DNA of 64,000 nucleotides from Paenibacillaceae bacterium. GTDB taxonomy: Bacteria; Bacillota; Bacilli; Paenibacillales; UBA4045. The stretch lies in assembly GCA_040880185.1 (NCBI GenBank), contig JBBDIY010000083.1, positions 1,961 through 65,960 on the forward strand, given 5' to 3'. Every line of letters begins with the position of its first letter. Position 1 is the first letter of the stretch. The notes beneath the pieces were generated by a model. The model had not been told where the DNA came from and made no database searches. It was given only the letters and a program-made list of their open reading frames with translations. The position numbers and the translations under genes are program-made. Shown here piece by piece: positions 1 through 9,788 of the stretch.

Positions 1-8
1 CGCGTGGA

Positions 9-145
9 ATAACGGAAGAATTGTCCGTTATATTTGTAAACGGAAGCAATATGGGTGCGGTATAGAGTGGTTAACGGAAAAGGTTTCCGTTAATGCAGTC
101 TATAACAAGCCTACTATAGGAATTAGCAGAAAATTCTTCCGCTAG
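9..145. repeat. Array of three 23-bp inverted repeats (TAACGGA-N7-TCCGTTA type); may continue left of the window
   Basis: ataacggaagaattgtccgttat (9-31), ttaacggaaaaggtttccgttaa (71-93), ttagcagaaaattcttccgctag (123-145); unique spacers, periods 62 and 52 bp. Confidence 0.8.
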
Positions 146-240
146 AGTGCTGTATTCGGAGCAGTCAAACAGTTTGCTCTTACTAACTGAGCAAAGTGCA
201 TACTCAAATATCTGAATAATAATGGTCAGGAGGCTCACTT

Positions 241-1197
241 ATGCCCAATATATGGACACACAATTGGTTCGGAGACAAGATAGCAGAGCAATCCAAGCTT
301 TATGTATTACCGACCGATTTAGAAACACGAAATCTATATCATCTTGGTTGTCAGGGACCAGATTTTCTATTCTATCACCATTATCTCCCTTGGCATGGAA
401 CCTCGGCTATGAATAAGCTCGGCTCCAGACTACACAGAGAATTCTGCGGTCCAATTTTGCTCGACATGGCTAAGACACTGAAGGAGCAACAAGCTAAACC
501 GAATGATCCACTAACTCATTATGTACTTGGTTTTATGATGCACCATGTGTTAGACCGTAATATGCATCCATATGTATTCTGCAAATCAGGTTCAATCAAA
601 TGGAATCATCAACGTTTTGAAGTCATTATGGATACACTTGTAATGAAGCAGGTTCAAGATATCGATACTTGGGCTACACCAGTCTGGAAGCAAATCTACA
701 TCGGACTCCAGCTTCCCAACGCCATATCTACAATGATGGGGCGAATTACACAAACGTACTTCCCCGAATTTAATATGAATATTACCGCTTCGGATTGGAA
801 TGACGCTTACCGCGACATGATCCAAGCACAGAAGATCTTCCATGATCCATATGGGATCAAACGGGTCATAACATTCGGACAAATAGAGCCACTCGTCTAC
901 AAACGTCGGAATAAGCAGCTTGATTATCTGAATGAAGCGCGAGCACCATGGAGTCACCCAGCAGTACCCGAGGAAGTGTCGACGGCATCGTTCTGGGACC
1001 TATGGACACAAGCGATGACTGATGGTCTGAACGTCTGGCAGGCTGCAGAACAATATTTATTCGGCGACAATCAAGACCAAGATCAGACTATCGCCTACAA
1101 TAACCTTGTAGAAGCCATTGGTAACCTGAGCTATGAGCATGGCAAATCATGTGATGCAGGTTTAGAAATTATCCATGAAGAGCCGATATGGACTTAA
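241..1197 (+). CDS. Zinc-dependent phospholipase C family protein
   Basis: N-terminal MPxxxTH, GxQGPD, HH..D..HP motifs; RBS aggagg upstream. Confidence 0.8.
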   Translation: MPNIWTHNWFGDKIAEQSKLYVLPTDLETRNLYHLGCQGPDFLFYHHYLPWHGTSAMNKLGSRLHREFCGPILLDMAKTLKEQQAKPNDPLTHYVLGFMMHHVLDRNMHPYVFCKSGSIKWNHQRFEVIMDTLVMKQVQDIDTWATPVWKQIYIGLQLPNAISTMMGRITQTYFPEFNMNITASDWNDAYRDMIQAQKIFHDPYGIKRVITFGQIEPLVYKRRNKQLDYLNEARAPWSHPAVPEEVSTASFWDLWTQAMTDGLNVWQAAEQYLFGDNQDQDQTIAYNNLVEAIGNLSYEHGKSCDAGLEIIHEEPIWT

Positions 1198-1198
1198 A

Positions 1199-2482
1199 TC
1201 ACCTGTGAGGCTGCTCTAATTCAACAGCTTCACGTTCACCTTTTGCCAGATTCACTCTAGTCAGTAATATAATTCCACCAACGAAGAATAGTAACAATGC
1301 AAGGATACCGTACCTTGCATTCCCAGTAATCTGACCAACGATAGCGAACACGAACGGACCGAAGCTTGACGAGAATTTACTCGAAACGCTTAGAAATCCG
1401 AAGAATTCTGCAGACCGAGTCTGCGGTACGAGCTTGCTAAAGATCGAGCGTGCTACCGCCTGACTACCGCCTTGTACCATGCCAACCATGATAGCGAGCA
1501 AATAGAAGTGTGTGGCATTCTGCATGAAGTAACCGAGTAAAACAATCCCCACATAGGTAGATAAAGTTATGTATAGAGATTTCTTGGAGCCAAGCTTTAC
1601 CGCAATCTTACCGAATAATAAAGTGAATGGGATACCAACAAATTGTGTAATTAGAAGGGCAGTAATCAGATCTGATGTCCCTATCCCGATCGTCTTTCCA
1701 TATATCGTTGCCATCGCAATTACGGTATTAATACCATCAGAGAATAACCAGAAGGCGATCAAATATTTTAACAACTCCGGATAATGCTTAATGGAACGAA
1801 GTGTCCTCGCAAGTCGCTTGGCACCCGCTCCAACATATTCACCGAATGTGTACTGTACGACCGGCTTAGGCAGGAACTGACCTACTCTACGAAAGATCGG
1901 CCTGGAGAATATGTACCACCATACAGCTACACTCAAGAATGCAGCATAAGTACCCTGTAGTTCACTCTCTAGACCGAACAATTCCGGCTTCTTGATCATC
2001 AGCAAATTGACAGCTAATAGTGTACCTCCGCCCACATACCCCATCGTATATCCTTTGGACGAGACCATGTCACGTTGATCGTTTGGCACCAAGTCAGTGA
2101 GCATCGAATCATAGAACGTGTTACCTCCCGAGAAACCGATCATCCCTACAATCATCAGACACGAAGCGAGCACATAATCTCCAACACCCACGAAGACGAA
2201 TAAGGCTGAGGCAAGAATACCGAAGAAAGCAAATACACGCAGAAAGCGCAGTTTAGATCCGGACAAGTCAGCAATCGCTCCGAGCAAAGGTGCCATGATC
2301 GCCACCAGAATTAAAGCAATGGACTGTGTATATCCCCAGTAAGAGGCAGCTAAATCCTCACTCAAATTCTTACCAGCGACGTCATAATAGAATATGGGCA
2401 AGACTGCAGCTAGCATGGTTGTTGCAAATGCAGAATTAGCCCAATCGTACATCATCCATGCGCGTATCGCTTTTCTCTCCAA
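1199..2482 (-). CDS. MFS transporter, UMF1/ATG22 (YxiO-like) family
   Basis: WxxYDWANSAF N-terminal motif, about 12 hydrophobic segments; TTG start. Confidence 0.85.
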   Translation of the reverse strand: MERKAIRAWMMYDWANSAFATTMLAAVLPIFYYDVAGKNLSEDLAASYWGYTQSIALILVAIMAPLLGAIADLSGSKLRFLRVFAFFGILASALFVFVGVGDYVLASCLMIVGMIGFSGGNTFYDSMLTDLVPNDQRDMVSSKGYTMGYVGGGTLLAVNLLMIKKPELFGLESELQGTYAAFLSVAVWWYIFSRPIFRRVGQFLPKPVVQYTFGEYVGAGAKRLARTLRSIKHYPELLKYLIAFWLFSDGINTVIAMATIYGKTIGIGTSDLITALLITQFVGIPFTLLFGKIAVKLGSKKSLYITLSTYVGIVLLGYFMQNATHFYLLAIMVGMVQGGSQAVARSIFSKLVPQTRSAEFFGFLSVSSKFSSSFGPFVFAIVGQITGNARYGILALLLFFVGGIILLTRVNLAKGEREAVELEQPHR

Positions 2483-2663
2483 GATAAAACCCCTTCCAGG
2501 TTGAATGAATGAGACTTGCCCTATTAAATTTGTTACACAAATGAAACATTGCTGTTATGGTATCAACATGTTCATTAGGTATGATAATAAGCAAGACCCC
2601 CCTTTTAATAATATATACACTTGGACCTGCTCCCGTTGAGCAGGTCATTTTTTTCATGTATCC

Positions 2664-3506
2664 TTATAATGGAACCATGAACCGTTCTCTACGTCGGAAC
2701 ACAGCCCATTCCTTGAACCCAATATCAAGTAGCCGCTGCCGAACTAACTCCCACTCATCGCCTACTCGAGAAGTAATATGCGCATCCGAGCCGAAAGTCA
2801 CCTTCACACCGTAATGCAGAGCACGCACGAGAAGATCATCGGCCGGGTACCAGCCTCCACAATCTTTGGTGCTACCTGACGTATTAATTTCAATGGCCAC
2901 ATCACATTCTGCTATAACTTGTAAGGTCTGATCTACGGCATTGGTAGGAATATCTCCGAATACGGGATAATACCCCCTCATCGCATCAATGTGCCCTAAG
3001 ATATCGAACATGCCACTCTTCGCCGACAGCATAATTTGTTCATAGTAAGCTTCTTTGGTCGCAATCTTCTCTTGCAGGTCCAGTTTCTTCCAGCGATTGC
3101 GATTAAAGATACTAACACCGCCCACTGCATGGACGGAGCCTATAATGTAATCGAACGGATATTGCTCGTACACATTCCGGTATACCTCAGCATGCTTCTG
3201 GAAGAAGTCTGATTCTACACCGAGCAACACTTCGATCCGATCTTTATATTCTTGCTTCAAGCTTAATACTTCTTTGACATATGAGGGAAATTCGTTCTTA
3301 GCCATCGCAACACCGGGCTGTGGCTGGTCGATCGGATTACCAAAGTAAGGAGAATGATCCGAAATTCCGATCATCGTCAGACCCTTCTCGATCGCAGCTT
3401 CGATATAATCTCGTATATGGCCAACAGCATGACCACATCGGTCATGGTGGGTGTGAAAATCAAATTTCATTGCTTTCAACCTTTCTCTATGTTTACTCTG
3501 AACCAT
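2664..3506 (-). CDS. Histidinol-phosphatase, PHP/HisJ family
   Basis: DFHTH, SDH, GSVH, GSDAH PHP metal motifs; true start may be MKFDF a few codons in. Confidence 0.85.
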   Translation of the reverse strand: MVQSKHRERLKAMKFDFHTHHDRCGHAVGHIRDYIEAAIEKGLTMIGISDHSPYFGNPIDQPQPGVAMAKNEFPSYVKEVLSLKQEYKDRIEVLLGVESDFFQKHAEVYRNVYEQYPFDYIIGSVHAVGGVSIFNRNRWKKLDLQEKIATKEAYYEQIMLSAKSGMFDILGHIDAMRGYYPVFGDIPTNAVDQTLQVIAECDVAIEINTSGSTKDCGGWYPADDLLVRALHYGVKVTFGSDAHITSRVGDEWELVRQRLLDIGFKEWAVFRRRERFMVPL

Positions 3507-4395
3507 AAAACTGTGATTCGGGCATACCCTTTAAGTCCAACAGGAATTGTTGCATAGCTGAATTCAGGTATCGCCCCGATTTATAAATAACACCAACCGG
3601 ATGACTAATTTCCAACTCCGGAACTTGAATCATTATCAATGAACCACGCTTTAGCTCAACCGCAGCAGAAAGTTTAGATACGATAGCCGCTCCAAGATTC
3701 AGTTCAACCATTCGCTTAACCTCTTCACTGCTCGACAGCTCCATGACAATCTGCGGTGATATCCCCAGCTTGTTGAATATGAGATCGAGAAACCGCCGTC
3801 CTGCTGTTTCTGGTGATAACATGATCAGTGGAATATTCCTTAAGGATTCAATTCCCGCATGTGATAAATTCGCTAAAGGGTGCTCCGGAGAGACCACTAA
3901 TTCGAATGTATCATAGTATAAGGTAGACGTTTCAAGCGTTGTTGTCTTCTCAAATAAATAAGCGATCCCAATATCCACACTGCCATTCTCCACGCTCGCC
4001 ATAATCTGTGAGGAGGTCATGGAATGAATAGTTGTCTTAATATGCGGGAATTGGTCTTGAAAATATGATAGCACCCGCGGCAACATCTGCATCGCGATAG
4101 AAGTTGTCGTTCCTAGTGTAATATGGCCCTGAGGTGTATCATCAAGATCAGCCAGCTTCTGCTTCAATACTTCAACTGTCGCTAGCATGTGCTGCGCATG
4201 CTCTAAGAACAATAACCCTCCATCTGTCAATGTAACAGGCTGGTTACGATCAATAAGAATCGTCTTGAATTCGTCTTCCAGGCTCTTGATTTGCGCGGAT
4301 ACCGCAGGCTGTGTCAGATTAAGGAGCTCGCCCGCCTTGCGAAAGCTACTCGTCTTGGAAATCATAACGAAAGTTTCTAATTGATTGATATTCAT
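3493..4395 (-). CDS. LysR family transcriptional regulator
   Basis: N-terminal HTH SFRKAGELLNLTQPAVSAQIKSLE; 300 aa. Confidence 0.95.
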   Translation of the reverse strand: MNINQLETFVMISKTSSFRKAGELLNLTQPAVSAQIKSLEDEFKTILIDRNQPVTLTDGGLLFLEHAQHMLATVEVLKQKLADLDDTPQGHITLGTTTSIAMQMLPRVLSYFQDQFPHIKTTIHSMTSSQIMASVENGSVDIGIAYLFEKTTTLETSTLYYDTFELVVSPEHPLANLSHAGIESLRNIPLIMLSPETAGRRFLDLIFNKLGISPQIVMELSSSEEVKRMVELNLGAAIVSKLSAAVELKRGSLIMIQVPELEISHPVGVIYKSGRYLNSAMQQFLLDLKGMPESQFYGSE

Positions 4396-4589
4396 GGTTT
4401 ACCTCCTAACAACTTCACAAGCACAAACTCCTTTAACAACAAAATAATTTATCAATATTTGCAATTTGCTAAGAAACATTTATTGGATAACTTTATTATA
4501 TGACAGTCTTCGCGACACAGCAACATTGCACCTACTACAGATGAGGTTTATACTTTATTCTAGATCATAAATAAGGGAGGCGTTTCCGG

Positions 4590-5525
4590 ATGTACGACTA
4601 TCACCATTTACCTCATCAGAAACAGCAAAGTCGATCCAAGAGAACGCTCTGGATCACATTAATACTGACATTATTCTTTACCCTTGTTGAGGTCGTTGGT
4701 GGACTTCTTTCTAATTCATTAGCCTTACTATCGGACTCCGCACATATGATATCGGACGTCATCGCTCTAGGCCTGAGTATGACGGCGATTTTTCTCGCAA
4801 CTCGACCAGCGAATGCAAGATTTACGTATGGTTATCTACGATTCGAGATTATTGCATCCTTCCTGAATGGACTTGCTCTAGCCATAATCGCTATTGGGAT
4901 ATTCATTGAAGGAATACGAAGAGCGATTAACCCCGAGGAAATTGACCTATCACTTATGTTAATCATCTCTAGTATTGGTCTGATTGTGAATATTGTATTG
5001 ACCATCATCTTAAGTCGAAGTATGAAGGATGAGGAGAATCTCAACATTCAGAGTGCCTTATGGCATTTTATCGGGGATCTAATAAGCTCAGTGGGCGTTA
5101 TATTGTCAGCGATCATTATCTATTTCACTGGATTCATGATATTTGATCCTATTATAAGTATCATCATTGGCAGTATTATCTTCGCAGGCGGAGCCAGGAT
5201 TATTCATGAATCCTACCTAATCCTGATGGAATCCGTTCCACACAAATTTGATCTTGATGATGTTCGAGCGAAGATCGCCGCTGTCGAAGGGGTAGAGGAT
5301 GTACACGAATTGCATCTGTGGGCAATCTCTTCAGATCACTACTCGTTGTCCGCACATGTATTCATCGATAATAAAATTCAACCATTCTGCATCATTCTTG
5401 CTATCAACGAAACCCTGAGTGAAAATTATAGTATTACTCATTCAACGATTCAGATGGAGAACGTGGACATTCTACCGCATGGCGAATATGGCCGGGAGTT
5501 CAAGTCAAGCCATACTTTTACTTGA
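4590..5525 (+). CDS. czcD: Cation diffusion facilitator (Co/Zn/Cd efflux, CzcD-like)
   Basis: SLALLSDSAHMISD, HFIGD, DVHELHLW motifs. Confidence 0.85.
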   Translation: MYDYHHLPHQKQQSRSKRTLWITLILTLFFTLVEVVGGLLSNSLALLSDSAHMISDVIALGLSMTAIFLATRPANARFTYGYLRFEIIASFLNGLALAIIAIGIFIEGIRRAINPEEIDLSLMLIISSIGLIVNIVLTIILSRSMKDEENLNIQSALWHFIGDLISSVGVILSAIIIYFTGFMIFDPIISIIIGSIIFAGGARIIHESYLILMESVPHKFDLDDVRAKIAAVEGVEDVHELHLWAISSDHYSLSAHVFIDNKIQPFCIILAINETLSENYSITHSTIQMENVDILPHGEYGREFKSSHTFT

Positions 5526-5541
5526 AACGTGGTGCCATCGG

Positions 5542-5988
5542 TCAATATACTTGAAAGTCGTCGTCTTGAACATCGTAATGCATTTTATTATAGATTTGAT
5601 ATAATTTCTTGACATCACCATCTGTGAGAGAACGATAAAACTTTTCCATTAACTCACTTCTTCTCACATTAGCTAGGGCTAGTACTTCCCTTCCCTTATC
5701 CGTTATCTCAAAATTGATCGATCTCCGATCTCCTTCTTCATCTCTTTTTCTTAAAATAAGGCCAGCTTTGACTAGTCTATTCGTCACTCCAGTAACACCA
5801 CCGGAGGTAATGAATAGGGCTGTCACCAAATCCTTTGCCTGTTTAGAGCCTTCATTCACCAGTATGTTAAGTATGGTTACACATGTGGTTGAAATGCCTA
5901 GATCATTATTTTTACTCCACTCGAGAGACCAAATTTTATAGTGGTACGTGAACATCTCCATTAGGTCGTGCAGTTGATTACTTCGCAT
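5542..5988 (-). CDS. MarR family transcriptional regulator
   Basis: ITSGGVTGVTNRLVKAGLI..DRR..IT.KG wHTH; start moved to ATG 5988 after GGAGG RBS. Confidence 0.9.
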   Translation of the reverse strand: MRSNQLHDLMEMFTYHYKIWSLEWSKNNDLGISTTCVTILNILVNEGSKQAKDLVTALFITSGGVTGVTNRLVKAGLILRKRDEEGDRRSINFEITDKGREVLALANVRRSELMEKFYRSLTDGDVKKLYQIYNKMHYDVQDDDFQVY

Positions 5989-6023
5989 TATAAAATCCTC
6001 CATTAAGGCTTTATTTAGCATAA

Positions 6024-6039
6024 TACTTACCTATAAGTA
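6024..6039. promoter_or_regulatory. Candidate MarR operator, copy 1
   Basis: TACTTA-CCTA-TAAGTA 6-4-6 palindrome about 36 bp upstream of the MarR start; related copies at 9122 and 9252. Confidence 0.55.
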
Positions 6040-6114
6040 AATATATCCATTGTATTAAGTTTATCTGAAAATAACAAAAAGGCAACCCATAAGGTTGCCA
6101 AATATATGATCTTT

Positions 6115-7209
6115 TTATGAAGAGATTGGGATAATATGATCAGGTTCTAACGGACCGGGTTGTGGTATAAAGGTTGAAGGCACAACATCCCCTGGCTCTA
6201 GCGGCTTCAGTAAAAATTTGCTAATTTCGGTTTCAAAGAATGGAGGAGCTTGCTCCCAAATTGCTTTCGGCAAAGTAATCGAGAACGAACCGTCTTGCTT
6301 AGGTATTGTTGATGTATATGAGATATTGTCAGCTACTTTCACCCCAATAAGTGTCCCTTTGTAAAGGGCTCCAGGAGCCGTTCTAGTAACCAGTGTAGGG
6401 GGAACATCCTGAATGATGGTTCCTTCTTGAGGCAGTGTAATGTTCAATTCTATGCTAGTATCCTCTGGCAAATGATAGATCTTGTTCTCTGGTAGTTCAT
6501 ATTTGATATCACCAACATGCACCAGTAAACTCGTTTCTTCATCTTCTTCTGGCAAATAATAGATCGAATATTCCCCTTTACTATTGCTTGGTTCTGACTT
6601 AGCGTAGCCTTCAACACCGCTGCGTCTTATGTTGACTACCGCATTAGGCACAGGTTCTCCCGACGCATCCTTTACTACACCCATAATGCTGTATCTATCT
6701 ACTAAGAATGTAGGAAAGGAAGCATCTCCATTCACTATTGCACGACCACGCACTTCAACAAGATCAGGACCCTGAGCGGAAGGCTCAACCCGTGAAATTT
6801 CAATGGGATAGTATACCGTGATTTGTGTGGAAGAAGCTAATATTTGTTGTTTATCACTCTTGCTAATTCGTTCTCCAGAAATTGTCGCTTGATCTAGTTC
6901 ATTAATGCTAACTGGTAATTTCATAGGCTCACTCTGGTCCACTTGAGCTTCAAAGCTTCCGTTGATGTCAGTTTCCAAAGTCCGATTTCCAATCTGCACC
7001 GAAGCTTTGGTAACAGGGTTACCGTTCACCAGTAGCTTTCCTTGAACTGAGGTCATATGAGATCCATCAAATTTCCATGGAGTGATTGGAAAAGAAGATT
7101 GATCTAAACTAAACTCAATTACTTTTTCCTCCGCATTCCCACTACAAGCGGTAAGTACGCCTACAATGAACAAGGAAGCAATGAGGAGTAATGATGAGCG
7201 TAAACGCAT
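6115..7209 (-). CDS. Lipoprotein with carboxypeptidase-regulatory-like beta-sandwich domains, downstream of the PQQ dehydrogenase
   Basis: Lipobox LTAC; GVVKDASGEPVPNAVVNI and TDINGSF motifs; start at ATG 7209 after aaggag. Confidence 0.65.
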   Translation of the reverse strand: MRLRSSLLLIASLFIVGVLTACSGNAEEKVIEFSLDQSSFPITPWKFDGSHMTSVQGKLLVNGNPVTKASVQIGNRTLETDINGSFEAQVDQSEPMKLPVSINELDQATISGERISKSDKQQILASSTQITVYYPIEISRVEPSAQGPDLVEVRGRAIVNGDASFPTFLVDRYSIMGVVKDASGEPVPNAVVNIRRSGVEGYAKSEPSNSKGEYSIYYLPEEDEETSLLVHVGDIKYELPENKIYHLPEDTSIELNITLPQEGTIIQDVPPTLVTRTAPGALYKGTLIGVKVADNISYTSTIPKQDGSFSITLPKAIWEQAPPFFETEISKFLLKPLEPGDVVPSTFIPQPGPLEPDHIIPISS

Positions 7210-7231
7210 GGTAGCACTCCTTCTTTTTAGA

Positions 7232-7273
7232 TAGGCAATCAAGGCAGATTATATAATCTGCCTTGATTGCCTA
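7232..7273. repeat. Perfect 42-bp palindrome without spacer (intra-operon hairpin)
   Basis: taggcaatcaaggcagattat|ataatctgccttgattgccta. Confidence 0.9.
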
Positions 7274-7294
7274 CTGTATTCAAATGCTTTGAAA

Positions 7295-9007
7295 TTATTT
7301 CTTTTCGTGTGGATTCTCTGCTTTATCCGTACCTTCTGCCCCTTGCGTTTTATCTCCACCTAGTCCGAAAACCATAACCTTAGGTTTCGGTCCGCCGCTT
7401 GTAATGGCTACGTACTGTTTGCCATCCTGTACAAAGATGGAAGGTGCAGAGCCAATCGCTGTTCCGGCTGTTTGGAATTCGTGCAGGGTTTTACCTGTTG
7501 CCGTATCAATGACCATTAATTTACCATTCTGTTCACCGTAGAAAGTAATACCGGCAGCTGTGCTTGTTAATCCGCCGCGCATACCATCCACTGTTTTCGT
7601 TTGATAAGCAATTTTACCTGTATTCATATCAATAGCTGTGACTGTGCCATAAGCCTTAATGTTATCAGGTGCAGCAGAAAATGAGGTTCCCATATCCTTA
7701 GCACCGAAGAATTTCGAATACTCATTCGTGATAACTCCGTTAATATCCACCGCGGATTTGGTAATAGTCGGGCTTTCAATACCTGGAATTAAGACTAAAT
7801 TTAATGTAGGGTCATAGGTTTCCGGTGCATAGTTTTCCCCGCCTAGCACGCCAGGGTAGGTAAGCACACCCTCCGGAGTAGGATCTGGATGATCAATCTT
7901 ACCGAATGCTATACCATCATAGATGACTTCACCTGTAGCTGCATCCCATGCCCACCATTGTGCTGATTTGCCTCCTTGAACAACAACCTTGCGTTCTGCT
8001 CCATTAATTTTGGCCTTAAGAACCATTGGAGAAGCAGCTGCATCATAATCCCATAGGTCATGACTAACTTCTTGCTGCGCCCAGATTAATTTGCCAGTCT
8101 TAGTGTCAAGTGCAACTACTGAATCGGTATGCGGATTGGCACCAGGACGATCTGCCCCATAAAAGTCTGGAGCTGGGTTACCTGTACCGAAATACATGAT
8201 ATCCGTTTCAGGATCGATTGAAACTGGAGCCCAAACAGCTCCGCCGCCTGCATACTTACTGTTCTTGGCTAACCAGTCTTGACCTTTTGGCGGCACAGTC
8301 CAGAAGGGTTGATCCCATGCTGGCGTTAGGTCACTCGCTTTGTAAGCGGCAACAAAACAACGGGCACCATTATCGCCGCCACTGCTTCCGATATATAAAT
8401 TGCCTTTGTAGTAAATAGGCGCTGTTGCTTCATAATAACCGTTTTCTGCAGTCACATCAGGAATAGTATCCCATATGTTGACCATCTTTACAGTTTGCCC
8501 CGTTTTCTGATCGATGGAGACAATGCGGTTATCAGCAATTAGCATGAATACTTTACCTTCAGCAACTGCTACACCACGGTTAGTCCCAGCCATACCTGTC
8601 GCTTTAATGTGATCAATAATTTCTTGATCCGGTTTCCAATGCCATACTTGTTTCCCGCTCACAGCTTCGAAGGCAAATAGATGGTTCTGAGCTGTAGATA
8701 CATAGATCACTCCGTCTATGACTGGTGAAAAGGATTGATTTCCGTTAGGGATATCCTTATCAAGGGTTTTAAAATCAGCTTGCCAAATCACACCTAAGTC
8801 TTGAATGTTGTCTTTGTTAATTTGAGTAAACGGTACATGCCTTGTAGATTGTAGATCATAGCCCCAAGACGGGAAATTTTCATTGGCAACTTCAACCTTG
8901 CTCGGGTTCTTTGTATCTACAGCATTATTAGTTGAATTGTTACATCCCGATAATACCATACCAGCTATTACAACAGTGCTTATAGCTGCTAAAGATCTTT
9001 TTTTCAT
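7295..9007 (-). CDS. PQQ-dependent dehydrogenase (alcohol-dehydrogenase-like beta-propeller), lipoprotein
   Basis: Lipobox LSGC; TNRGVA, GGGAVW, GTGNPAPD, HDLWDYD, A.D..TG..W propeller repeats; start ATG 9007. Confidence 0.85.
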   Translation of the reverse strand: MKKRSLAAISTVVIAGMVLSGCNNSTNNAVDTKNPSKVEVANENFPSWGYDLQSTRHVPFTQINKDNIQDLGVIWQADFKTLDKDIPNGNQSFSPVIDGVIYVSTAQNHLFAFEAVSGKQVWHWKPDQEIIDHIKATGMAGTNRGVAVAEGKVFMLIADNRIVSIDQKTGQTVKMVNIWDTIPDVTAENGYYEATAPIYYKGNLYIGSSGGDNGARCFVAAYKASDLTPAWDQPFWTVPPKGQDWLAKNSKYAGGGAVWAPVSIDPETDIMYFGTGNPAPDFYGADRPGANPHTDSVVALDTKTGKLIWAQQEVSHDLWDYDAAASPMVLKAKINGAERKVVVQGGKSAQWWAWDAATGEVIYDGIAFGKIDHPDPTPEGVLTYPGVLGGENYAPETYDPTLNLVLIPGIESPTITKSAVDINGVITNEYSKFFGAKDMGTSFSAAPDNIKAYGTVTAIDMNTGKIAYQTKTVDGMRGGLTSTAAGITFYGEQNGKLMVIDTATGKTLHEFQTAGTAIGSAPSIFVQDGKQYVAITSGGPKPKVMVFGLGGDKTQGAEGTDKAENPHEKK

Positions 9008-9121
9008 TTGAAACCCCCCATTTGTAATTTTTATTCTGATTATACTCACAGCAATTACACATACTGATAAACAAGGGTGGATCAGCCCTAGGTTCCATGC
9101 ATGTAAAATATAGTTGTAGTA

Positions 9122-9137
9122 ATCTTACCGATAAGAT
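9122..9137. promoter_or_regulatory. Candidate MarR operator, copy 2
   Basis: ATCTTA-CCGA-TAAGAT, perfect 6-bp arms, in the divergent promoter region. Confidence 0.55.
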
Positions 9138-9251
9138 ACTTTACAATAAGGAATATACGCTTGATAATTATTGAAGTCAATCTTTTTCCTATTGCAAAAT
9201 CCTTCCCCTGACTGATGAAATTGTTAAGCGTAAAATTACTTACTGATCTAA

Positions 9252-9267
9252 TTCTTGCCGATAAGAA
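9252..9267. promoter_or_regulatory. Candidate MarR operator, copy 3
   Basis: TTCTTG-CCGA-TAAGAA, about 50 bp upstream of the cupredoxin start. Confidence 0.5.
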
Positions 9268-9317
9268 AGTTTGGATTGTTTCATGTTTTTCTGATACACA
9301 TAACTGAGGAGGAATAA

Positions 9318-9710
9318 ATGATGAAGAAGTATATTGTATGGTTTGCAACTATCGTTTCTTTGATTTTTGTGCTTAGCGCGTGCAGCTCCAATAATTCTGA
9401 AACGCCTGCAGCTCCAGTTACACCAGCTCCAGTTACTGAAACTGGCAATACAGAGGAAGTCACGATTACCGCCAATAACTTTGACTTTGATGTAAAAGAA
9501 ATTCGTGTTAAAGTGGGCGACAAGGTTAAATTAACATTGGTCAATGGCGGCGGTGCACACGGACTTGAGTTTCCAGATTTTGGAGTGAACCTTACAAAAC
9601 CGGGTACATCCGAATTCATTGCCGATAAGGCAGGCGAATTTGAATATAATTGCTCGGTAATGTGCGGTACAGGGCATGATATTATGGTCGGAAAATTGAT
9701 TGTAGAATAA
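9318..9710 (+). CDS. Small cupredoxin lipoprotein with CuA-type (cytochrome oxidase subunit II-like) ligand motif
   Basis: Lipobox LSAC; HG..., CSVMCGTGHDIM = C-x3-C-x3-H-x2-M. Confidence 0.85.
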   Translation: MMKKYIVWFATIVSLIFVLSACSSNNSETPAAPVTPAPVTETGNTEEVTITANNFDFDVKEIRVKVGDKVKLTLVNGGGAHGLEFPDFGVNLTKPGTSEFIADKAGEFEYNCSVMCGTGHDIMVGKLIVE

Positions 9711-9723
9711 GCCAGAGAATAAT

Positions 9724-9763
9724 ATAAGGGTAAAGCTTGGGTCTCCCCTAGCTTTACCCTTAT
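9724..9763. terminator. Intrinsic terminator
   Basis: ataagggtaaagct...agctttacccttat followed by a T-rich tract. Confidence 0.8.
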
Positions 9764-9788
9764 TTCTTTTTATTATTAATAATAGATG

